A stretch of 64,000 nucleotides of DNA from a virus (taxonomy: Duplodnaviria; Caudoviricetes), in IMG/VR virus record IMGVR_UViG_3300010352_001543; one strand, given 5' to 3'. A program made the position numbers and the translations under genes. How positions within the stretch are numbered: the stretch's first letter is position 1; every line of letters begins with the position of its first letter. Shown here one piece after another: positions 1 through 9,523 of this stretch. A model generated the notes under the pieces. The model made no database searches, had not been told where the DNA came from, and worked only from the letters and a program-made list of their open reading frames with translations.

Positions 1-592
1 CTATAATTTTTACAAATTCAAGTGATTCATCCAGTTTGACAATGCCTTTCACTTTCTTAATAAAATTATCGTCAAATTTTAACTTTGTAAAATACTCTGA
101 TGGATCTAATAAATTATCAATCTTCTCATCACCAACATAAGTTATCAAAGATGAGTTAGCAAGAGGAATCTTAATCAATTTAAAATTTTCAGATTTTATC
201 AAGATGCTATGTGCTTCATATGCATCAGTAAAATTCTTTACTCTTGGTTCGGAACATTCAAATTCAATTGATATATTTTTTTCCTTTCCTAATAGTTCAA
301 AAATTCCTAAAATCTTTTTCAAATTATAAAAACCTATTCCTATTCTTTTCTCTAATGGTTCTTCGAACTTGAAAATTTCATCTGAAATTTTATTGTATCT
401 CATAGTGGATGCATTGGTGTCCATATACTTCGCTTGTAGTCCACCATCCATTAAGCATTCCACAAATAATACATCGTCCAAAATACTAAATTCCTTTACG
501 AAATCCGCAAGCATATCTATATTTTCTAAACTTGCCTTAAATGTTACCACTTTACTTATAGTGGGTGTTTTATCGCTACTCTTCTTCGCCAT
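1..592 (-). CDS. Partial ORF running off the window edge; probable sliding clamp (T4 gp45-like)
   Basis: Not in the ORF track; manual translation from ATG 592 gives MAKKSSDKTPTISKVVTF...KRIGIGFYNLKKILGIFELL. This resembles the gp45 'IGIYDLxxFL' segment, in a replication neighbourhood. Confidence 0.45.
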   Translation of the reverse strand, partial: MAKKSSDKTPTISKVVTFKASLENIDMLADFVKEFSILDDVLFVECLMDGGLQAKYMDTNASTMRYNKISDEIFKFEEPLEKRIGIGFYNLKKILGIFELLGKEKNISIEFECSEPRVKNFTDAYEAHSILIKSENFKLIKIPLANSSLITYVGDEKIDNLLDPSEYFTKLKFDDNFIKKVKGIVKLDESLEFVKII

Positions 593-1253
593 ATAATATC
601 TCTCTAAAATGATTTGTAATTATTGTTATATTTTCTAAAATTTCCGAGTTGAAATTGTTGTCGGAAGTCCAATTATAAAATTCGTTTAAAAATATTAATC
701 TATCTTCTAAATTAGTAATAGTATATTCATTAAGTTTATCATCAATGTAAACTATGAAATCTCTGATCATATCATTTCCATTCACATCAGTTAGCCGAGC
801 CATTGAATATTCACAGAAATTAAATATTTTTTTGTAGTCATAAGAAAAATCTTCCCAAACAAATTCATAGGTAGTGAATTCTAAATCTGAATTGTATCGG
901 AGAATAATTTTATTGTAACTATCCACCGTATTTCTTAAAGTTTCGTTTGATTCTTGTATTGTATGAACATTACTTTCATTAACAAAAAATTCTGAACATA
1001 GGTCATATACATCACAAACTACACAATCTCCATAAACCGGGAAATCCAATAATTTGACTGCATTTTCATTTAGTGATGTTTCTAATTTTATTTTTTCGAA
1101 AAATAATTTAAAGTCCAAGAAAATCCAAAATTTTCCGTTATAAATAGGAACAAAAGTTGTTTTTAATATATCAAATATCATACCAGGAGTAACTTCTTTC
1201 TTAATTTTTACATCAAGAACTTCGCCGGAAACCTTTAATATTTTTAATGCCAT
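576..1253 (-). CDS. Hypothetical protein
   Basis: 225-aa ORF tightly packed in the operon. Confidence 0.7.
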   Translation of the reverse strand: MALKILKVSGEVLDVKIKKEVTPGMIFDILKTTFVPIYNGKFWIFLDFKLFFEKIKLETSLNENAVKLLDFPVYGDCVVCDVYDLCSEFFVNESNVHTIQESNETLRNTVDSYNKIILRYNSDLEFTTYEFVWEDFSYDYKKIFNFCEYSMARLTDVNGNDMIRDFIVYIDDKLNEYTITNLEDRLIFLNEFYNWTSDNNFNSEILENITIITNHFREILYGEEE

Positions 1254-2609
1254 TTAAATCTCTTCTTCAATATCTTCATCTTCAATAACATATTGTTCTA
1301 TTTCCTTAAATTCGGAAAGTATTTTACTGTCAATATCTTTTACAATATTATGCTTCGAAAATAAAGTAGATTCTATTTTTTTTGTTAATTTTTCTAACTT
1401 TTTTTCGTCATCCGTCTTGCAGTTGACTAAGTCCATTCTTGTCTTGTTGGATAGATTTTGTAAACTTTCAATTGAAAGCTCCCTTATCTTTATGTTGTTT
1501 AATCTTTGTTTAATTTCAGATCCAAACTTTTTCAAATACAATTCTATTTCTTTCTCTGACCTTTTTTTCTCTACCATAAATTCAATGAATTTAATTTTTT
1601 CATCCACGAATTGAATTTCTTTAATAACATTACTTATTAACTTTTCAGTAAATAATTTTTCATTTAAAAGGACCACGTTTCGAAAATCGATTAAATAATC
1701 TTTTATGTTAGCATACTCCAGAACCCGGTTGCTTTCAGTGAATGTTATATTTTCTGTTATAACAACACTGACAATCTTTTTCACCGCTTTTATAAATTCA
1801 GGTGTTTGGGATTCTCTATTTATCTTTAAAGTAAAATCAATATGGTCTTTTGAATTATTATCAATTCCTATCTCAAAATCTAAATCGGAAACAACATCAT
1901 TAAGTTTTTCTAAAAATGTTTTATACTTTATAAAAGGAGGGACATTATAAATTCGAACTGTGTTTTTTTCTTGAACAACATCACCTTGAAATAGCCAGCA
2001 TCTTCCATCTATATCAGCTTGTTTAATAGATCCATTATAATTTTGAAGGTAAGGAGTTAAATCTGCTTTATCATTACCCTTCATGAATTTTTCTAACTCT
2101 TCAAATTTTCTTGGGAGAATTCTAGTAGCGAACCCAACAGCTATACCTATAGTAAAATTTAATAATCCAATCGGAAAATTAACTTTTAGAGGGTCTTGTG
2201 AATAATCTACTAAAGTATAATCATTTATTATTTTATATTCATCTATAATATTTTTAATTTTAGGATTTATTTTAACAGAAGTGTAACGCGGTGAAGCAGG
2301 AGTTTGGTCAACCGGAGAACCGAAAAATCCATCACCTTCTAAAAGATTAACCGCATTTAAATATGGTCGAGCTAATCGGGATATACCATTTGATAATGAC
2401 GCATCACCGTGGTGATACCCTTTAATAATATCACCAACCAGATTCAAGGTTTTCCTAAAATCAGTAGGGGCGGTAGTCAGAATCAATCGATGTAGTGGTG
2501 TTAATGTATCGAAAAACGACGGAATACCTCTACTTGAAATTGTATATAAAGCATAATCTTTATAGTCATTATTAATATACTCTGAAATTTGTCTTGTCTT
2601 ATGAAACAC
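1254..2609 (-). CDS. Type IIA DNA topoisomerase, GyrA/ParC-like subunit (T4 gp52-like)
   Basis: YALYTISSRGIP, YHHGDAS and ASPRYT (catalytic Tyr) motifs. Confidence 0.93.
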   Translation of the reverse strand: MFHKTRQISEYINNDYKDYALYTISSRGIPSFFDTLTPLHRLILTTAPTDFRKTLNLVGDIIKGYHHGDASLSNGISRLARPYLNAVNLLEGDGFFGSPVDQTPASPRYTSVKINPKIKNIIDEYKIINDYTLVDYSQDPLKVNFPIGLLNFTIGIAVGFATRILPRKFEELEKFMKGNDKADLTPYLQNYNGSIKQADIDGRCWLFQGDVVQEKNTVRIYNVPPFIKYKTFLEKLNDVVSDLDFEIGIDNNSKDHIDFTLKINRESQTPEFIKAVKKIVSVVITENITFTESNRVLEYANIKDYLIDFRNVVLLNEKLFTEKLISNVIKEIQFVDEKIKFIEFMVEKKRSEKEIELYLKKFGSEIKQRLNNIKIRELSIESLQNLSNKTRMDLVNCKTDDEKKLEKLTKKIESTLFSKHNIVKDIDSKILSEFKEIEQYVIEDEDIEEEI

Positions 2610-2898
2610 TTGTTAAATCTCCCAAATCTTCTAAATCTTTTGTTATTCCATTGGCCATGCTATTAAACATATTATATGTTATTTTGTAGGTAACGCCGGA
2701 GTTAAATATCATCCAGTATCCTGAACTTTCTATAGTATCTTCACTATCAATATAGCCAAGAAATGCTATTTCATTAACATTAAAAAATGTTCTAAAATCG
2801 TTTATCTTTGATGTAGCTTGTTTATTTTGTTTATCCAACTCCATATCATCAAGCATTTTAAGTAATCGCTCTTGTTCCTCTAAAGTAATTTCTTCCAT
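2599..2898 (-). CDS. Hypothetical protein between the topoisomerase subunits
   Basis: 99-aa ORF overlapping the gp52-like start. Confidence 0.6.
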   Translation of the reverse strand: MEEITLEEQERLLKMLDDMELDKQNKQATSKINDFRTFFNVNEIAFLGYIDSEDTIESSGYWMIFNSGVTYKITYNMFNSMANGITKDLEDLGDLTSVS

Positions 2899-2901
2899 AT
2901 T

Positions 2902-3408
2902 TTAAATCTCTTTATCTTCTACTTTTAACCAATTTTTTCTGTATTTTACATCAGATCCGAAAACTACATCTAAATACTTATCTGATTTTTTATTTGTTTT
3001 AATTTTAACCAGGTTCATATCTTTAAAAATAAATTTCCAGTCCTCTTTGTCCATTGAACCAACACCTTTTAAATATCTTAGATTCTTTTTGGTTTTATAC
3101 TCATTATTATCTAAATTATATTCATAGTGTCTTTCTTTATTTTCATCATATGAAATCAACGGCATTATCAATTTATATAATTTGTTTTTCTTTAACACAT
3201 CAGGGAACCAACGGGCGAACAGATTCATTAATAAGGCGGTTATGTGGTTACCGTCACAGTTATGAGAAAGTAAATAACAATTATTAATCTTAATAAAAAA
3301 ATTATTAATTTCATCCACCTCTATATCATATAATTCAGTTTTTTGTTTAATTTTTTTTATTGATTGAGGCTTCATCAATATAAAATCTTCTATTCTTAAA
3401 ATTTCCAT
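2902..3408 (-). CDS. Topoisomerase GyrB-like C-terminal part, preceded by a split-intein C-half (IntC, 3259-3408, 50 aa)
   Basis: LYDIEVD...NFF...LLSHN|C (intein blocks F/G), then CDGNHITALL (TOPRIM) and RYLKGVGS. Confidence 0.92.
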   Translation of the reverse strand: MEILRIEDFILMKPQSIKKIKQKTELYDIEVDEINNFFIKINNCYLLSHNCDGNHITALLMNLFARWFPDVLKKNKLYKLIMPLISYDENKERHYEYNLDNNEYKTKKNLRYLKGVGSMDKEDWKFIFKDMNLVKIKTNKKSDKYLDVVFGSDVKYRKNWLKVEDKEI

Positions 3409-4497
3409 TTAATTTAATTCCATTATAGTGTTATTATCAGTTATCTGATACAAAGCATCTAATAAATTAGTCTCTGTTAGTTTATATGAATCCCAAATGA
3501 TTAAAATAGATACCGGGTTCATTTTTTCTTTAATTTTTTCTAATCGGTTTTTGTCTTTTTTCCATATCTGTTCATATGTCATTTTTGTTTGTTTCAATAT
3601 TTCTGTTCCTTGATATATTGCTGGATTTCCATGCCAATAATCTCCATAATATTCTATTATAACATTTAAATTTGGTAAATAATAATCTACGAAATAATTT
3701 CTTTTTTCCATTTCTACCATATATTCCATGACATATTCAAAATTGAGATTATCTAAGATGTCTTTGATTTTAAAACTTATTTTCGAAGGTCCACTTTGAT
3801 ACTTCCAACTTCGTTTAGAAGCTTGTATTTTTTTCCATCTCTTGGTTCCTTTTATTTCACCAAATCTCTCAATATTTCCGTTTAAACTACTCGAATATAT
3901 TAAAGCGTTAGTCTTATGCTCCCATTTTTTGGTTCCTTCTATAATACCAAACTTATCTATATAATATTGTTTAGTTGAACTATAAGCAATTTTATTATTT
4001 CTTTCCTTATATTTCTCTGTTCCTTTTGATTCACCATAACGTTCTATAAAACCTTTTAAATCACATCTTGAAGTATTTTCTCTAACTCCTCTGGAACGGA
4101 TAAATTTTTGTTCTTTTATCGAAATCTTTTTTAATTTTGCTCCATATTCCATTATACAAGAAATTCTATCGAATTTTATTCCTTTGTTATAAGGAACTCC
4201 CAAATATTCTAAACTTCTTTTATTCAAACATTCTATATCATTACAACTATATACTTCATATGACCTATAGAATGTTTTTTCTGAATAATCTACTGTTAGA
4301 TTAGGGATAGCATCTCTGTTACAAAAAGCACAATTTTCTATTTTAAATTCTGGTTTAATATTTATGAATTCTTTGTCGTAATCTGAAAAATATTCATATA
4401 ATGTTAAATTATGTACTCTTTTAATATGGGAACCTACATAGCTATTATTTGCTGATACTTCTTTGCCACATATTTTACATTTATATTTTTCCGTCAT
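3409..4497 (-). CDS. Free-standing homing endonuclease (N-terminal Zn finger, 'ERYGE.KG' repeats, C-terminal Vsr/DUF559-like nuclease)
   Basis: CKIC...H...H, FVDYYLP..NVIIEYYGDYWHGNP...D..R...IIW; inserted between the two split-intein halves. Confidence 0.85.
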   Translation of the reverse strand: MTEKYKCKICGKEVSANNSYVGSHIKRVHNLTLYEYFSDYDKEFINIKPEFKIENCAFCNRDAIPNLTVDYSEKTFYRSYEVYSCNDIECLNKRSLEYLGVPYNKGIKFDRISCIMEYGAKLKKISIKEQKFIRSRGVRENTSRCDLKGFIERYGESKGTEKYKERNNKIAYSSTKQYYIDKFGIIEGTKKWEHKTNALIYSSSLNGNIERFGEIKGTKRWKKIQASKRSWKYQSGPSKISFKIKDILDNLNFEYVMEYMVEMEKRNYFVDYYLPNLNVIIEYYGDYWHGNPAIYQGTEILKQTKMTYEQIWKKDKNRLEKIKEKMNPVSILIIWDSYKLTETNLLDALYQITDNNTIMELN

Positions 4498-4551
4498 ATA
4501 TGATTTCCGTAATTTTTATTAATATTATATATATTAACACGGATATCATAT
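4498..4551 (-). promoter_or_regulatory. Translation-initiation-sequestering hairpin with an AATATATA box in its loop
   Basis: Arms 4498-4510 and 4539-4551 are complementary at 12/13 positions; box at 4528-4535. Confidence 0.7.
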
Positions 4552-4553
4552 TT

Positions 4554-6383
4554 TTACTTTTTTATTAAAAAACAATCAGTTTTTTTTATATTTTTTGCTT
4601 TTTCTTGAATAACTTCATTGTCTCTATAGATATAAAAAATATGATTTTCTGAACATCTAATAACCTCACCATTTACAATAAATTCAAATATTCTGTCTTT
4701 GGTCGTTTTTATAATTTGATTAATTTTATGAAAATTATTATCCGAACCTAATACCATATCATCATAAGTAACATCTTTTAAATGTTTATCTCCAGAATCA
4801 GTTTTAATTAAAGTCATACCGTCTAAACAATCCATATCACTTGTTATAACTACTTTATCATAAGTACAAGTTTTACCACCATCCTCTACATTCAAGTTTA
4901 AAATATTCATTAAATCTATTATTTCTTGATTGTTAGATAAGTCAGACAAATGCCTGGCGTTTTTGATTTTCCCTTTCAATGCGTAAATTGAATGATTAAC
5001 TGGGTCTCGTTGGGAAGAAATCGCTGCCTTAGATGAGCCACCCTCAGTTATAAAGAGAATTGATTTGTTTTTCGAAGGAATAAATTTATCAGAAAAAATA
5101 AGTTGTTTATTTTTCTTTTTATTCCTTTTAATCTTCTTTAAGTCTTCCGAATAATTTTTATTTTCTATAGCTATTATTATATTTTCATATAAATCAGATT
5201 TTATGAAATCTTTACAGACATGTTCCTTCGGTTTAAACGGCATTAACTCTTCCATCATTGCTCTTGAAACAATAAACCTGTTTTTGTTTTGTTCTTGAAA
5301 CTGAACATGCTTTGGTGGAAGATTAATGATTATAGCAGTCTCATAAAATTCAGAAGCTGTTTTTGAACTAAATAGTCTTTCATTTATTTTTTCTTGATAG
5401 AAGGTTTGATGAAATCCACCACATAATGAACCATTAACAAACGATATAGAGGTTGTCTTATCTTTTATGGCTTCCCAAATATAAAGCTCTGTATATTTGT
5501 TAAGTTTAAAATGAAATGAATTTGAAGGTAGTAAAGGAATATTTAAATCCAAAACTTCTTTATCCCAAATCAATTCGAATTCAACCGTCCGGAGGTTATC
5601 ATCGTTCAGCTTAGAAAAATTTCTGAAAAGGCATTTAGTAAAAACAAATTCTTTATCAAATTTAATATTTTTAAAAGATTTCTTCCGGGCAATATATGTT
5701 ATAGTTGTGCCCTTAGTAGTTTTTGATTTTTCGTATGTTTTGCCTTCAGTAACGAAATCCAACCACTGCTGTTCATAAATGTATCCAGAATTGGTTGTCT
5801 CTACTTCAAATAAATCAGAAAGCATATTGACCGCTGAAAGTCCAACACCATTCGTTCCGATCACAGTGACATCAGATTTATCATTCTGAAAATTTGATCC
5901 TGCTCTAAGTAACGAAACTGCCGTTTCTACATTGGTCAACCCGGAGGTTATATTAATTTCATTTGGATTCATAAATCCACGACCATCGTCACTAACAATC
6001 ACCTTATTAGTGTTAGAATTTATATTAACCGAAATCTTTTTAAATTCATATCCTTCTTTCTTACAGCGAAGTGCTTCATCAAATGCATTGTCGATAACTT
6101 CATCCAATAATCGATAAAATCCATCTGAATAGTTAATTTCTTTCTTTACTAAAAGACCATCTTCGAAAATTGGTACTGTTTTAGTTATCATTTCAGTGGT
6201 ACCAACATACATTGCCGGTCTAAGTAAAATATGTTCTCTTTCCGATAAATGAATCACTTCACGATTCACCAAATCATTGTTTTTTTCTTTTTTCAAATCA
6301 TGTTTCCTGTAAATTATATCTTTTATACAACAATGGCCGATGAAATTAAAATTCGTTTCATCGACCATCTTAAAATAATTCAA
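4554..6383 (-). CDS. Topoisomerase GyrB-like N-terminal part (T4 gp39-like) ending in a split-intein N-half (IntN, 4557-4829, 91 aa)
   Basis: EHILLRPAMYVG, EVIDNAFDE, DDGRG, GTNGVG, TEGGS, LKGKIKN; then TSDMD|CLDGMTLI...CSENH. Confidence 0.93.
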   Translation of the reverse strand: MNYFKMVDETNFNFIGHCCIKDIIYRKHDLKKEKNNDLVNREVIHLSEREHILLRPAMYVGTTEMITKTVPIFEDGLLVKKEINYSDGFYRLLDEVIDNAFDEALRCKKEGYEFKKISVNINSNTNKVIVSDDGRGFMNPNEINITSGLTNVETAVSLLRAGSNFQNDKSDVTVIGTNGVGLSAVNMLSDLFEVETTNSGYIYEQQWLDFVTEGKTYEKSKTTKGTTITYIARKKSFKNIKFDKEFVFTKCLFRNFSKLNDDNLRTVEFELIWDKEVLDLNIPLLPSNSFHFKLNKYTELYIWEAIKDKTTSISFVNGSLCGGFHQTFYQEKINERLFSSKTASEFYETAIIINLPPKHVQFQEQNKNRFIVSRAMMEELMPFKPKEHVCKDFIKSDLYENIIIAIENKNYSEDLKKIKRNKKKNKQLIFSDKFIPSKNKSILFITEGGSSKAAISSQRDPVNHSIYALKGKIKNARHLSDLSNNQEIIDLMNILNLNVEDGGKTCTYDKVVITSDMDCLDGMTLIKTDSGDKHLKDVTYDDMVLGSDNNFHKINQIIKTTKDRIFEFIVNGEVIRCSENHIFYIYRDNEVIQEKAKNIKKTDCFLIKK

Positions 6384-6398
6384 AAATAAGCTGCTAAA

Positions 6399-6677
6399 TT
6401 ACCATTTTTCTAAAGGGCAACTTTCAAATTCAAATTTTGTTTTTTGTAGAAGGTTACACCCACAACCGCCTTTTTCCACATCACATACTGGTTTGTTCCA
6501 GAAGATTAAAAAACTGGATGTTGATTTAGTATCACATTTATTACATATTTCTAATCTTCTTTCAGCTTCTTGGTCAGTTGAATAAATTTCATCTTTGTAA
6601 TTAAAAATTTTAATAAATAATCTTCTTAAAAATTTAAAAAAATTAGCAATTCTTTTTATGTTTTGTTTTAAATTCAT
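6399..6677 (-). CDS. Small Cys-rich protein (DUF6171-like)
   Basis: RRLEICNKC...C...CGC.L..K...CPLEKW. Confidence 0.6.
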   Translation of the reverse strand: MNLKQNIKRIANFFKFLRRLFIKIFNYKDEIYSTDQEAERRLEICNKCDTKSTSSFLIFWNKPVCDVEKGGCGCNLLQKTKFEFESCPLEKW

Positions 6678-6686
6678 TGTTATATT

Positions 6687-7034
6687 TTATTTTCTGATTT
6701 CATGCACTCTATGAGTACGAGTACTGAATTGTTTTTTATAAATAAGTAAAGTTTCTTCTATCGTTCGTTTTTCTTTGAAACATTCAATAATCAAATCATA
6801 ATATTTTTGATTAAATTTATTGTCTATATATGTCTCATATTCAGTGAAAGATATCCCATATTCCTGTAAAAACTTAACTTTAAATTGTTCAAAATAGGGA
6901 GCAAAATCATCAGTGAATTGCTCCATAGTTTTTCTTTCATATAAATTCATATCACGAGCTGATCCTTCTTTACCATCAGCAATACTATTCTTTTTATCGA
7001 CTGTTAGCCCACCGAAATTAAACATTCTTTTCAT
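6687..7034 (-). CDS. Hypothetical protein
   Basis: 115-aa ORF in operon. Confidence 0.6.
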   Translation of the reverse strand: MKRMFNFGGLTVDKKNSIADGKEGSARDMNLYERKTMEQFTDDFAPYFEQFKVKFLQEYGISFTEYETYIDNKFNQKYYDLIIECFKEKRTIEETLLIYKKQFSTRTHRVHEIRK

Positions 7035-7042
7035 TTGATATG

Positions 7043-7501
7043 TTACTCCAATCCAGTTGATCCGAAACCACCTGAACCTCTTGCAGTTTCTATCAGTCGA
7101 TCTACTTCTATGAATTTTATTTTTTCGATTTTTTGTAGGACCATCTGAGCAATTTTAGATTGCGGCTTCACTATAAATGGCTTCTTAGAAACATTACAAA
7201 GAATAACTCCTACTTCTCCGCGATAGTCAAAATCGCATGTTCCAGGCGCATTCAAAACAATTACTCCGTTATGTAATGCTAATCCTGATTTAGATCTTAT
7301 TTGAATTTCATATTCAATATCGTCATTTGGTTTTATTTCAACTGAAAAATTCAAAGGAAATAATTTTATTTCTCCCGGTTCCAGAACATAGTCTTCAAAA
7401 TTAGTAGAATATAAATCCATGCCACTTGAACCCATTGTAGCATACTCAGGAATTTTTGTCTTTATATTAGTATCTATTATTTTTAAATGTACAGATTTCA
7501 T
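7043..7501 (-). CDS. dut: Trimeric dUTPase
   Basis: GSSGMDL, SGLA, GTCDFDYRGE, KIAQMV, RGSGGFGSTG. Confidence 0.95.
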   Translation of the reverse strand: MKSVHLKIIDTNIKTKIPEYATMGSSGMDLYSTNFEDYVLEPGEIKLFPLNFSVEIKPNDDIEYEIQIRSKSGLALHNGVIVLNAPGTCDFDYRGEVGVILCNVSKKPFIVKPQSKIAQMVLQKIEKIKFIEVDRLIETARGSGGFGSTGLE

Positions 7502-7611
7502 TGTAATCCAATTTTATTTTTAAAAAATCGATCATAAACGAGTTATAACTAATTTTCGTTTTTGGGTATATAAATTCATATATACCATCACGAAAACAGC
7601 ATATCGATGAT

Positions 7612-8142
7612 TTATGAACGTCTTTTGATTGGTTTAACATATTCTCTATAAGATAATATAGTATTTTCAGGAATCTGCTTCATAACTGGATCACCTTGAT
7701 TATAAGATATACAGGACCAAACTGGATCACCATCATTCAAGTAATGATCAATTTTTGATAATTTCATAGGCATACCATCCGGTAAAATAAAATGGTAATC
7801 TTTGGTTAGTTTACTTGGATTTTGTAGATATTCAGTGGAAGTTATAGTTTGATATTCTTCACTTAATACTGGATTATTCATAAGTTCCAGTTTTTCAATT
7901 TGAAGTGTGTTGATTTCTTTGTTCAATGAATCAATAACTTCTTGCATTTCTTTTTTATCTTTATTTATAGCATCTATACTATCTTGAAGACTGGTGATAT
8001 ATTCTTCGTACTTAGTATTTTTGTTTTCTGAAGAACTATCCGGTTCCACCTCTTTCAGTTGCTTCCGTAAATCTTCTATAATTTCAATTAAATCGCTTTT
8101 TGTCTTGACCGACAAAGAGGAGGATGTAGTTTTTTCTGGCAT
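7612..8142 (-). CDS. Hypothetical coiled-coil protein
   Basis: 176-aa ORF with heptad-rich N-terminal half. Confidence 0.65.
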   Translation of the reverse strand: MPEKTTSSSLSVKTKSDLIEIIEDLRKQLKEVEPDSSSENKNTKYEEYITSLQDSIDAINKDKKEMQEVIDSLNKEINTLQIEKLELMNNPVLSEEYQTITSTEYLQNPSKLTKDYHFILPDGMPMKLSKIDHYLNDGDPVWSCISYNQGDPVMKQIPENTILSYREYVKPIKRRS

Positions 8143-8206
8143 GATTATTAACCTTATTTTTAAATCTTAAATATTATTTTACAAACATCTTTCTTGTTTT
8201 TAAAAT

Positions 8207-8241
8207 AAAAAAGTTCGCTTGATTAATTTTAAGCGAACTTT
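8207..8241 (-). terminator. Rho-independent terminator
   Basis: aaagttcgctt/aagcgaacttt stem with a U-tract on the minus strand. Confidence 0.7.
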
Positions 8242-8271
8242 CAACATCTGATTTATATATTATTGGTTTTT

Positions 8272-8844
8272 CTATGCAAATTTCATTTTATTGTTGCGAT
8301 TATTTTTATTATAATCAGTCAACTTATGTTGTAAAGATTCATATCTTTTATTGATACTATCTATTATTTTTGTTTCTTTGTCAATTGATTGTAATTTCCT
8401 TGTGTTAAATTTTTCATTTTGTTGAGCCATCATAACGATAGTTTTTGGAAATCTTTCTTCAATTTTTTTCAGACGTTGTTGGGTTAGCTCGATCGACTTT
8501 GTTTCGTTTATCGATTGTAATATTTTCTTCTTTTGTTTATCCATCTGAGAAATAGCCAAAAGAAGGCTTCTTTTGAATTTGATATTATTCAGGTATATTT
8601 CTTTTTTGATACTCGATATCTTTTTAGGTATCCGATCAATCTTGTCACTTAACTTTTGAGCGCTCATTTTTAAATTCTCTAAGTTCAGTTGTTTTTTCAG
8701 TTCTTTCTTGTTTAGAACTGTAGTGGTTGGTTTATTATCAACCTTTTTTGTCTTCACCTTAATATTATTTTTAGGTGTTTGTTTAGAAGTTTCTAATAAA
8801 ATTGGTGAAACTTCCGATGCGTGTTTGTTGATTGCTGTATTCAT
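8272..8844 (-). CDS. Lys-rich basic coiled-coil protein
   Basis: 190-aa ORF; stands alone between two terminators. Confidence 0.6.
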   Translation of the reverse strand: MNTAINKHASEVSPILLETSKQTPKNNIKVKTKKVDNKPTTTVLNKKELKKQLNLENLKMSAQKLSDKIDRIPKKISSIKKEIYLNNIKFKRSLLLAISQMDKQKKKILQSINETKSIELTQQRLKKIEERFPKTIVMMAQQNEKFNTRKLQSIDKETKIIDSINKRYESLQHKLTDYNKNNRNNKMKFA

Positions 8845-9060
8845 TGCTGCATTCCTTATATTAATAATTAAAAACGATTTCAGTATACTAATTTAATAAA
8901 CTGAAATTATGTTGCCATGTAATTAATTAATATGTGTCAGTTTTTATATGTATTTTCAAATAACTTGTTTATGATGATTAATTTTTCATCTATGTATGTA
9001 TTGACTATTAAGTATAAAAATTAGTGTAAATTATTTTCAGAATTATTATTTTTAAACAAT

Positions 9061-9092
9061 AAAAAAACAAGGAATTTTAAAATTCCTTGTTT
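9061..9092 (-). terminator. Rho-independent terminator
   Basis: aaacaaggaattt/aaattccttgttt stem with U-tract. Confidence 0.75.
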
Positions 9093-9147
9093 AAAAATAA
9101 TTAGTTAATTATAAAAAATTATCTTATTTTTATATTAACTACATCAC

Positions 9148-9507
9148 CTACTTCTCCGGTTTCCATAAAAAACCTAGTACATTCGAATCTAAAGAGGCCG
9201 TGACTGCTTTACCGTTTGAATCGGATGCTACACCTGTTCCTATAGCGGCTGCTAAAATTTGTTCCCCTAATTCAACAGGACCAACTCCTAAAATTTGTAT
9301 TATTCCGGGTGTGTTGGCAGTTAGACCATCTTCTAAAGATATTCCCATAGCGGGTCCATCAAAAATTGCTTGTCCGTCCGCTGGATATGCAACGAATCTA
9401 TGAGGTGAAACAGAAGATGTTTTAGTTACCCTATAAAAGTTAGGATTAGTTTTATATTTGCCTGATTTACCAGTCTCTTCTTGTTCTAATGAGCATCTAT
9501 TTATCAT
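9148..9507 (-). CDS. Capsid decoration/cement-like (DUF2190-like) protein; C-terminus probably extends to 9119 via a -1 shift
   Basis: Paralogous to the C-terminal domain of 9524-10522 (VTKTS..P.RFVA...MGI...GKA); strong AGGAGG ribosome-binding site. Confidence 0.55.
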   Translation of the reverse strand: MINRCSLEQEETGKSGKYKTNPNFYRVTKTSSVSPHRFVAYPADGQAIFDGPAMGISLEDGLTANTPGIIQILGVGPVELGEQILAAAIGTGVASDSNGKAVTASLDSNVLGFLWKPEK

Positions 9508-9523
9508 ATCTATAACCTCCTAT

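Noticed and set aside
3409-4553. Group I intron interrupting the topoisomerase gene
   Set aside because: Both flanks carry intein motifs and their own start/stop, and the non-coding space is only about 56 bp.
8254-8261. AATATATA box
   Set aside because: Lies just upstream of a terminator, so it is not counted as a gene promoter; may be chance.
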